From the sequence record DRR723986_623: a DNA stretch of 64,000 nt. The stretch is one strand, 5' to 3'. Positions 9,123 through 17,224 of the stretch are shown one piece after another. Numbering within the stretch: the stretch's first letter is position 1; the number at the start of each line of letters is the position of its first letter. A model generated the notes under the pieces. That model made no database searches. It was not told the DNA's origin and worked only from the letters and a program-made list of their open reading frames with translations. The position numbers and the translations under genes are program-made.

Positions 9123-12059
9123 TCAAACGTCCATCCGGGTCTGAACTTCGCCATCACCCAGGCGAATTGTAGCGGCCTGGCGGGTCAGTTCGGTCCAGAC
9201 GGCGATCAAGCCGTTATAGGCGGTCGCTTCCTTGGCATCCTTCCGTTTGTTGGAGCAGATGTCATAGAGGTAGTAGGCGAGGTCCTTGACCGCCTCGGCC
9301 TTGTCGCTGCCGATCTTCTTCAAAAGTACTGCGGCTTCGTACTCGCCTTCGTTTTCCAGGACCCGGATCAGATGCTGGCAGCATTCCCAGATGGTCAGGT
9401 GATCGTCTGTCGTTGAATCCCATTTTGTCTCGAGCTCTTCGCGCTTCAGGATCCGAACCTTGCCGGCGGCACTGTCGACGATGCCCGCGTGTTTGACGCT
9501 TTCGACGGAGATGCCTCGTGCACGGGCAAGGTTGTCAGCGGCGCCATAGTCGCCCTTGTCGTTGCCGAACTGCTCGAACCAGGTCGCAGCAAAGCGCGTG
9601 TCTGCATCAAACTCGCCGTGGAGGTGGTTCAAATAATCGTCCAGTTCGGCGTTGATCAGCTGGAGCGCGGTCTTGACCATCATGGGGCTGTCATCTGCTT
9701 CAAGCACAGCTGCATAGCGGGAAAAGATTCCCATTCCGGGACCGATAGCCGATTGGGGCATGTCGGCCGGAGCGATGTTGGCGGCCAGAAGTTCGGCGAT
9801 AGCGGAAGGAAGTTCGCGTTTTAGGGCTCGGATGAACTCGGCCCGGGTGATAACCGCGGGCGAGGCTTCCTTCTTGCGGCAAACGAGTACGACTGAATTT
9901 GCGAGGGCGTTAGTACCGGAAGCAACCATGCGGTTCGCCATTTCTGTGCGCATTGGCCAAGTGCCAACAACCGCATAACCAGCCTCAACGACCGCTTGAA
10001 GGAACGTGGCCCAGCCTGTTGAGCTCACCCCCTCTTGCGCAACCTCACTTTGCTTAAAGGCATAATAGATCGTAGCAGGCGCCACATCAGACGACTTTTC
10101 AGCCATGTTCTTGATGGCCCGCCCCATGCCGTCCAAAAAGAAGGCTTCGGCGGATTCACGACCTCCATGCCTGAATGCAGTGGCTACCAGTTCTTCTGCC
10201 TTTGGAGTTGCCAGAACACCGAACAGTTCGGGAAAGAACGGTTTAAGAGAGCCCCTCATCCAGCAAAAGAAAAAGTCCGACAAATCAGCGTAACCGATAT
10301 TGTCGTAGTACGGAGGGTCAGTTGAAATAACCGAAAGCTTAGGAATTTCGACTGACTGAGCATCAAACTGAACTTCGCGTCCTCTATTGCTCGGAACAAA
10401 TCGCTCGACAACCTTATAAACCCATTCAACATTCGCAAGGAAGTTGCCTGTCGCATCAGAGAATGGATTGCCCTCCGCAAAATCCCAAGTCATCGGCAAG
10501 GCTTGACGAGCAAACGTGTTTCTAAGCGCCTCCATCTTCGGGGAAGAGTCCCACGAGCAAATCGTGGAACCGCGGTCAGCAGACCGGTTGATTGCAAACG
10601 CCAAATAGACACAAATGGCGTCGGCATAGGCGGAAGCACTATGACCATCTGCGGCCAAAGACACTGAGTCATTATTCCAACCCGAAGCAACCGCGTCGGC
10701 GACAACCTTCTCCTTTACTTCATGGAGAACACCGGTCAGCGTCTTCAAGGAAATAACCTGCCTGTCGGTGAACAGCTTTCCCCAGTTTTCAAGGCCGAAG
10801 GCGTGACATGTTCCACCTGTCAACCGTGAAGGTGTTGCACCTTGCAAATTGGTCTCCCGAAAGTCCTTGGCTGACTCCTGAAAACCCTCGACCTGCGCCG
10901 CAAATATCTGAGCTGAATCTGGGGCAACATATTGCCGGCCATTCTTTCCTTCCGCAACCACGGCAATTAGCACTTCGCCCATCTCCCCAGCTTGGGCTTT
11001 CTCCCGCACATAATCGGCGGTGATTGCCCCACCCGACATTAAGCAATGAAAATTTGCGCGCGCTGACTTTGTGCCGTCTTTGGCTTTTGCCAGCTCTGCC
11101 TTCGTGCCTCCGCGTCGAACACGATAGTTGATCGTCTTCACAACTCTATCAACAATAGGTTCGATCCAAGCCTCCCTGCCAGGTTTCGAACCGAGAAGAA
11201 AACTTGACGCAATAGGCACATGCACATTGGCAAAGGCCGGGTCCGGGCTCGGCACGGTTCTCGACCAGACCCATGCGATCACTGTTGCCTTGCCCCCCCC
11301 ATACTCCTTCGGAAGGTCCACCTGCGGGTAAAGATGCCCAACGCGCTCCCACGCTCTTTCGCGCATCCATTTGCCGTAGTATTTCACGTCCTCGGCCAGC
11401 CCCTCGGCGTTGCGATAGAACTGTCGATCTTTGACACCCGGATGGATCGGCGACTGATCCTTGAACTTGGGCGGAAACTCGATCATCGCCTTGCCGATCA
11501 TCACCGCAACCGGGTTGAGATCAGACCCATATGCCGGCAGGCCCAGACGCTGCGCTTCCAGCGGGATCGAGCCGCCACCCGAGAACGGATCATAGACCGG
11601 CGGCAGTTCGCCTCCGCAGCTTCGTCGGATCTCTGCCCGCGCGCGCTCCAGTACCTCTTCGTTGGTGGAGTTTTCCCACTTCACCAGATCTTCAATGATG
11701 GCAAAAAGCCGCTTGCGCTCGATATCCGCTGCGCAGTCTTCCAAAGTCGGTTCCGGACCGGCGAGATCCGGATCCTCCGCGGCGGCCTCGCGCTCTTCCC
11801 AAAGCTTGTGTTTGGCGTCCAGGTCTGCCTCGGCCTTGGCCCGGACCTTCGGATCGGCAAGAAGCTGATCGACATATTCCGACGGATCATCGACCAGTTG
11901 CGCAAACAGCACCGCCCGGCAAGCCGCCAGCGGCCGGCGCGCCCACCACAGATGCAGTGTCGACGGATGCCCGTGCCGGATCGACTTCTCCCGCGCCGAC
12001 GCCGCATTGATCGCCTCCAGCGGCAGCGCGACCTCGATGAGTTTCTTTTTGTAAGTCAT
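9123..12059 (-). CDS. DUF1156 adenine-specific DNA methyltransferase
   Basis: KKLIEVALPLEAIN..S.REKS.RHGHPSTLHLWWARRPLAACRA (DUF1156), motif I DPFSGGGSIP, motif IV TDPPYYDN. Start placed at MTYKKK (12059). Confidence 0.93.
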   Translation of the reverse strand: MTYKKKLIEVALPLEAINAASAREKSIRHGHPSTLHLWWARRPLAACRAVLFAQLVDDPSEYVDQLLADPKVRAKAEADLDAKHKLWEEREAAAEDPDLAGPEPTLEDCAADIERKRLFAIIEDLVKWENSTNEEVLERARAEIRRSCGGELPPVYDPFSGGGSIPLEAQRLGLPAYGSDLNPVAVMIGKAMIEFPPKFKDQSPIHPGVKDRQFYRNAEGLAEDVKYYGKWMRERAWERVGHLYPQVDLPKEYGGGKATVIAWVWSRTVPSPDPAFANVHVPIASSFLLGSKPGREAWIEPIVDRVVKTINYRVRRGGTKAELAKAKDGTKSARANFHCLMSGGAITADYVREKAQAGEMGEVLIAVVAEGKNGRQYVAPDSAQIFAAQVEGFQESAKDFRETNLQGATPSRLTGGTCHAFGLENWGKLFTDRQVISLKTLTGVLHEVKEKVVADAVASGWNNDSVSLAADGHSASAYADAICVYLAFAINRSADRGSTICSWDSSPKMEALRNTFARQALPMTWDFAEGNPFSDATGNFLANVEWVYKVVERFVPSNRGREVQFDAQSVEIPKLSVISTDPPYYDNIGYADLSDFFFCWMRGSLKPFFPELFGVLATPKAEELVATAFRHGGRESAEAFFLDGMGRAIKNMAEKSSDVAPATIYYAFKQSEVAQEGVSSTGWATFLQAVVEAGYAVVGTWPMRTEMANRMVASGTNALANSVVLVCRKKEASPAVITRAEFIRALKRELPSAIAELLAANIAPADMPQSAIGPGMGIFSRYAAVLEADDSPMMVKTALQLINAELDDYLNHLHGEFDADTRFAATWFEQFGNDKGDYGAADNLARARGISVESVKHAGIVDSAAGKVRILKREELETKWDSTTDDHLTIWECCQHLIRVLENEGEYEAAVLLKKIGSDKAEAVKDLAYYLYDICSNKRKDAKEATAYNGLIAVWTELTRQAATIRLGDGEVQTRMDV

Positions 12060-12253
12060 GTCAGATTCAATCATCTTGAGCTTGAGGCAGGAACAGACCA
12101 AACATTCCAACGGATAGGTTCTTCTCTGCCCCGTCTCCTAGCATCTGTTCGAATTCTCCAACAGCTCGGATCGGTGAAACATCTCGCATCATTTCAAATG
12201 TTTCTCCTATAGGGATGCCGAACGCTCTTTCGGTAGTTGGCATGAGAGGTCGC

Positions 12254-12820
12254 TTAGCGCTTGTTTCCTGTAGCAAAATAAAGAGCTGTGTGTTTCCCGC
12301 TCCGAGAAGGGAGTAAGGCTGCAGAAAATGTCGGTGGACAGAAGCATCCAAAGACCTGGCAGGCACGCGCGACCGGAATGGCTGTCTTTGGCCTGGATTT
12401 GAGGAGGGCAGGAACACTTGTGTCCAATGTCAATGTCGCCGTTTCCGCGGGGCCGCGAAAGCTGGTTCCCAGATCTGCGGCAGAACAAAACCAACTGTGT
12501 CTGATAATGCAGTCTACGGACGCCGCTTCTTTTGAGTCGGCAGCTTCCGGAAAAACATAGAAAGTGCTGTTTGGGTACCGGGAGGCGATGCGTTTGAGAT
12601 TGCGCCATTGAAATTTTTCGAGACGAAATCTGTCTCGGCTCTTTGCTTTAAACTGAAACAAAACGAGGTGGCCGCCGATTTTCAACATCGTGTCAATGCC
12701 CGAGATACGTTCTTGAGCCTGCGTCATTCCAAACCACTGCGGGTTTCGGTTGAACGGCATCAGTGCGGCCGACAATGCGGCGCAGAACCGTACCTCGAAG
12801 CTTTTTTCAGCGAACCTCAC
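12254..12820 (-). CDS. Putative PD-(D/E)XK-fold nuclease-like protein, possibly truncated by a frameshift
   Basis: E...(QERISG)ID...LFQFK pattern resembles restriction-endonuclease D...QxK motifs; GTG start. Confidence 0.55.
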   Translation of the reverse strand: MRFAEKSFEVRFCAALSAALMPFNRNPQWFGMTQAQERISGIDTMLKIGGHLVLFQFKAKSRDRFRLEKFQWRNLKRIASRYPNSTFYVFPEAADSKEAASVDCIIRHSWFCSAADLGTSFRGPAETATLTLDTSVPALLKSRPKTAIPVARACQVFGCFCPPTFSAALLPSRSGKHTALYFATGNKR

Positions 12821-12981
12821 GTGTTCGCTCCAGGTAGAGATTCTCTTGAAAAGGGCTTATTGAAGTAGCCCGGCATGGCCTTCTTTGCGAACGGCACCTT
12901 GACGCCCTCGAGCAGCCGAAAGCTCGTTGTCTTGAGTACAATGGCGACTTTGATGAGTTTCTTTTTATGGTTGCCTGTCAT
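12817..12981 (-). CDS. 54-aa ORF whose N-terminus is a degenerate copy of the DUF1156 methylase start
   Basis: Manual translation MTGNHKKKLIKVAIVLKTTS... versus methylase MTYKKKLIEVALPLEAIN. It overlaps the sacsin-like gene stop and ends in a GTGA overlap with the 12820 start. It is below the ORF-track size cutoff. Confidence 0.55.
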   Translation of the reverse strand: MTGNHKKKLIKVAIVLKTTSFRLLEGVKVPFAKKAMPGYFNKPFSRESLPGANT

Positions 12982-15900
12982 GATCCATCACCAATCGGTA
13001 GGTTGAAGGGTGTAGCTGAATCACGCCGCTTTCCCTCAAATTTGTCAGCTGATTGCCGGAAACTTCGATCGGGATCTCGGTTGGATCGATCAGGACAAGG
13101 CTATAGGTATCTGCCTCGTGCTCAAGGAGCCCCCAAACATCCGCCTCCATCTGAAGGGGCTCTCTTTCAAGGCAATGTTCCCTTGGAAGATATCGCTTGA
13201 TCACTGTTCCGGCAGCATCGCGTAACTCCCAGGGAAACAGTGAGCCATGTGCCTTGCCTATTACTTCCTGCGCAGCGTTGCTGAAATGACCATCGTTGCT
13301 CTTCCGAAACCCACGGCTCACCGCGAAACGTTCCATGAGAGAAGGTTTTGCCGGGCGGGCAGTGGGCTCGCGCACAGACTGCTGAGGCGGTGTGGTGGGG
13401 GTACTGGTTGTTGAAGCCGAAGCTCCGGGCCCAGGATACGACTGTTCAATGGTCTTTGCTGGCTCAGGTCCTTCGACGTCGGAGATAACGGTCTGCTCGT
13501 TCGGCGCGGCTTCTTCGACGAAAGGGCTAACTGGTGTGTTGACGGAAGATTGTTCGTCGGTGTCTTCCTCAGGGTTAGCGGAAGACGCGGGCACGACGGT
13601 AGAAGATGGTACCTTTACCAGTTCAACGCGCTCTGCCGGAACAAGATCAAAATTCTCGTCCATGTAGCTTTTGATGAACCCGGGGGGGCGATCAAAGCAA
13701 AGTTTGATCGCATCGATGATGTCGGGTCGCCGAAACGTTTTTCCGAGTTCTTGCGCGACGATCCTTGCGAGTTTTGCAAGTGGCTTGTCTTCGACGTAAA
13801 GGCTGCCATCCAGCCACAATGCTTCTGCACGTCGTGGTGTTCCAGCTGGCTTGCCGTCGATATAGGGAATAATCTCCAGATTGGAGGTTGTGATCCACCG
13901 GGTCTCGCAAAGCCGGGCTGCTAGCGTTCGAATGCGAGATGCCTCTTCTTCATCCTCAAGAACGACCCGGGCAAGCTGCAGACCGAGTTCTCGAAGCCAG
14001 TCCAAGCTTTCGCCTGCGCCTTGAGCGCTGGGCTTACGATGGAACTGATCGTCGATCACGCTTGCTAGCGGTGAAAGAGTGGTGAAGGGCTCAGTGAGCG
14101 TGACGGCGCCGGGAACAGTTCGGAAATCTGCTGTTTTCTGTTTTGCCCATTGATGCAGGTTACCCCAGGATGTCAGGGTTTGCATGGCAAGGGAATAGTC
14201 CAGGGTTTCGATGGTTGCCCATTCCCCGGCAAGGTTGAGCCAGTGCCCGCATTCTTCCCAGATACGCGTGGGGTAGCGGCCAAGCAAGCCCCTCACCCGC
14301 CGTATGTCGTCAGCGTCAAGCACTTTTGAAGACGGCAGATTAGACAGCCATTCAATCGCCAGGTCAGGTGTCGGTTGGTCCGCAACGCCGATCTTTCGCC
14401 AAAGGGTGAGATCTCTTACCGACGATCGGACCAGAGGCGCGTCTGGGACTTCTTCAGCATCAGAAGAAAGGAAGATGCCGTACTTGTTTTCCCAGGATCC
14501 CTTTTCAGAGAGGATCAATTCCTTCTTTTCGAAATCGGAACGGATTTTGTGAAACATCTCCGTCGAACACCCGTCGACCAATTGGTCGAGGCGGCGGTAC
14601 CATTTGTCTACCTCATGAGCCGGCGGAATCTCGACACTTGCCAGGGCCTTGAGCCGCAGGAGAAGTTTTTCTGGCCCGGTAGGTCGATCGGAAACACCAA
14701 GCAGCTTCAATAGCGGTCGGTTTCTTTCTGTATCAAGCGTTCCATGGATGAAGGGCTCAACATCCAGGAGAGCCTCTGTCTGCGGAGCTCGCATGAGCAA
14801 TTCTTCAGGTTTCCGATGCATTCCATGGGCGTCTTTGAGACATGGCTTGTTCCGCAACCTCATGACCCATGTCGGTGCGAGCCCGGTTCGCACACATCGG
14901 CTCGTATGCCCATTGGAAGCTTGTTCCTGGACGGTCGCCGTCGCGTGTGACGTCCGGCTAAAGGTCTCTGAAAGGATGCGTTCCGCTACGACAGCCCAAA
15001 TTGATGATAATTCTTCTTCGAGTTTTTCCCAGTGTTGCCAGATAGTTTGCTCGAAATCCCAATCCGTGAGACTGAAACTTGGGTGTGAGTAGCGCGGGGA
15101 GAATGGCCCCTGATAGGCGCGTTTTGACAGCTCGTCGTCAATACTTCTTCGGGTCCAATACCGGCTGTATGTTTCTGTGAACGGCACAAAACTGAGAAGC
15201 CCGGAACGTCCGCTGCTGATCCAATTTTCCCATTCTTCCTTTGAGCAACATTTGAAGTGTTTTGTATAATCGCCATGAAGAAGGCATCTTTCGGCCCAAT
15301 CATCCGGCAAAATAATTTCCAATGAACCGTCATTGTCGAACAGGATAGAATGGCCGAGGCCGCGCAGTTTCCTGTCTTGTGTGGCATACTTGAAGTGATC
15401 TCCAATCTGGGCGCCAAGCTTTGCTGCTATTTGCGTGAAACGAACCATGTCGTGAAGGAGGACTGTGTCAGAACCGAAAAAGTTTTTCGCGACCAGATCA
15501 ATGACAATTCCGGTATCGCTTGGTTCATCGAGACCTATTTCACTTAGTAAGGTGTCTGCCGTTTCGACAATCTTGTTTAGGAACTTGTCCTTTGCTCGTT
15601 CGCCATTCCGGCGCTGCTCTGTCAGATAGCGCAGCCAGTGCTGACTGAGAACGGACAGATGATCTCCAAGAAATTTCCAATCGTCTTCGGATGGCAGAAT
15701 TCGCTTTTCCCCCAAGCGCACCACTTCTGCTGCACAGTGAAGAGTGTCTTTCCCTTGAACAGGCACAATATGGAGAGAACTTTCCGTGCAATCATATTCG
15801 TAGCTCTCCACCAACCGGCCCACGTAATACCAGAGCGTCAGGAGCTTTTTCCAATTTTGCGGTGACGGAAATTTCTTCTCCTGGAGGGTGTCGAGCACAT

Positions 15901-17224
15901 TCTGATGATCCACGTCCTCGACCCAGCCCCAACTTTTGATCTTTTGCAGGTTCCTGTAAGTGATCTCGTGAGAAATCGGGGGGCGACTGCTTTCATCAAA
16001 TGCGCTGATAACAAAATCTCTTTCCCAGACTTCGAACAGTTCCCGTGGTAAGGCTACTGCTGTATTCAGGGGTGTTAAAAAACCTTGATCCGTAAGTAAA
16101 ATAGGTGAGTCATCTTGCGTGATGCTGTTCTCGAAGGCCAGCTCGACATCCGTAGCGCACTTCGATTCGAGGGTGGTGGCATCTCTATCGACATCGGGAA
16201 GCAGGTCATAGGCCGGCGCACGTTCTTTGGATGAAAACTCAGTTTTGCCCAGCCATGCGATCATGGTCTCTCCGGCGAGGGTACCGAGGCATTGCAGAAA
16301 AAAACGGTTTGTGGGGCTTTGTGCAGGATCCTTGATCTTGTATCGGGCTGCGTCCTGCAGAAATGGAGCGTTGCATGCAAACGGCAAATCAGTGGTCACG
16401 CCTGTTGGGAGAACAACAAAAAATCTCCCTTCACTGCCCAGTACCAACTCAACCTCGCAAGGGGGGAGTTCGAGATCCTGAGGATCAGCGAGCATCCGTT
16501 CCTCGCGGATTTCATTTAGGGAATCTTCCGGAAATGGAACGGGCTTGGACCGGACGAACAGGTGTTTCTTCGATTGGTTTCCGTCGAGAGAAAACCATTC
16601 GCTGTTTGCTACCGGACCGCTTCCTCCGCTGGTCCAATGGACCAGGCTCTCACCAATTTTCAGACGTCTGATATTTCGAAAAAAGAGCAGTGAGACAGGG
16701 CTCTTGAGCCACTCGGAAAAGCTGTCTTCCACGGCGTGATGGAGGTGCTCGTCTTTCAATTGGACACGTATGATCGTTGTTTTTTCTGGTGTGCCCGATC
16801 GCGCCACCCATCGAGGTTCCGTAAAACGCTGCCTATTGAATTGCACCGACAACGAAGGTGTTAAGAGATCAACGGTGTCTCCAAGACTGAAGGTGCTTTT
16901 GAAACCAATCCCTCTGAACCCAATCGTGTGAAGTGCACGTTTGTTTGAGTAGCCGAAACGGCACAACGAGGCGAAATGCTCTTCTGCAAAATCTTCCCCG
17001 TTATGACGGAAAATGAAAGCACCATCTTCAACTTTCACTTCCGCCTCGACTGCGCCGGCATCGTCTGCATTTTGCAGAAGCTCTGAGAGCACATGCCGAG
17101 GGCTTTGAACTTGACGAAACAGCTGATGCCAAGGTGCGGCAAGTTCAAGATCAGCTTCCAACTGATCCCAACGTCTTGCCGCCTTATCGCGAACGGCTTC
17201 GAAATAGTCCGGCTTTAGGCTCAT
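12965..17224 (-). CDS. Large sacsin-like GHKL (HATPase) ATPase protein
   Basis: ELLQNADDA, FRHNGEDF, IGFRGIGFKSTF, LPFACNAPF; 1419 aa; ATGA overlap with the helicase gene. Confidence 0.85.
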   Translation of the reverse strand: MSLKPDYFEAVRDKAARRWDQLEADLELAAPWHQLFRQVQSPRHVLSELLQNADDAGAVEAEVKVEDGAFIFRHNGEDFAEEHFASLCRFGYSNKRALHTIGFRGIGFKSTFSLGDTVDLLTPSLSVQFNRQRFTEPRWVARSGTPEKTTIIRVQLKDEHLHHAVEDSFSEWLKSPVSLLFFRNIRRLKIGESLVHWTSGGSGPVANSEWFSLDGNQSKKHLFVRSKPVPFPEDSLNEIREERMLADPQDLELPPCEVELVLGSEGRFFVVLPTGVTTDLPFACNAPFLQDAARYKIKDPAQSPTNRFFLQCLGTLAGETMIAWLGKTEFSSKERAPAYDLLPDVDRDATTLESKCATDVELAFENSITQDDSPILLTDQGFLTPLNTAVALPRELFEVWERDFVISAFDESSRPPISHEITYRNLQKIKSWGWVEDVDHQNVLDTLQEKKFPSPQNWKKLLTLWYYVGRLVESYEYDCTESSLHIVPVQGKDTLHCAAEVVRLGEKRILPSEDDWKFLGDHLSVLSQHWLRYLTEQRRNGERAKDKFLNKIVETADTLLSEIGLDEPSDTGIVIDLVAKNFFGSDTVLLHDMVRFTQIAAKLGAQIGDHFKYATQDRKLRGLGHSILFDNDGSLEIILPDDWAERCLLHGDYTKHFKCCSKEEWENWISSGRSGLLSFVPFTETYSRYWTRRSIDDELSKRAYQGPFSPRYSHPSFSLTDWDFEQTIWQHWEKLEEELSSIWAVVAERILSETFSRTSHATATVQEQASNGHTSRCVRTGLAPTWVMRLRNKPCLKDAHGMHRKPEELLMRAPQTEALLDVEPFIHGTLDTERNRPLLKLLGVSDRPTGPEKLLLRLKALASVEIPPAHEVDKWYRRLDQLVDGCSTEMFHKIRSDFEKKELILSEKGSWENKYGIFLSSDAEEVPDAPLVRSSVRDLTLWRKIGVADQPTPDLAIEWLSNLPSSKVLDADDIRRVRGLLGRYPTRIWEECGHWLNLAGEWATIETLDYSLAMQTLTSWGNLHQWAKQKTADFRTVPGAVTLTEPFTTLSPLASVIDDQFHRKPSAQGAGESLDWLRELGLQLARVVLEDEEEASRIRTLAARLCETRWITTSNLEIIPYIDGKPAGTPRRAEALWLDGSLYVEDKPLAKLARIVAQELGKTFRRPDIIDAIKLCFDRPPGFIKSYMDENFDLVPAERVELVKVPSSTVVPASSANPEEDTDEQSSVNTPVSPFVEEAAPNEQTVISDVEGPEPAKTIEQSYPGPGASASTTSTPTTPPQQSVREPTARPAKPSLMERFAVSRGFRKSNDGHFSNAAQEVIGKAHGSLFPWELRDAAGTVIKRYLPREHCLEREPLQMEADVWGLLEHEADTYSLVLIDPTEIPIEVSGNQLTNLRESGVIQLHPSTYRLVMDHDRQP

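Noticed and set aside
12060-12110. N-terminal extensions in the ORF track (methylase here; likewise GntR to 27978, RNase D from 36036, flippase to 55640, wHTH from 23028)
   Set aside because: Family similarity and RBS or overlap signals begin at downstream starts.
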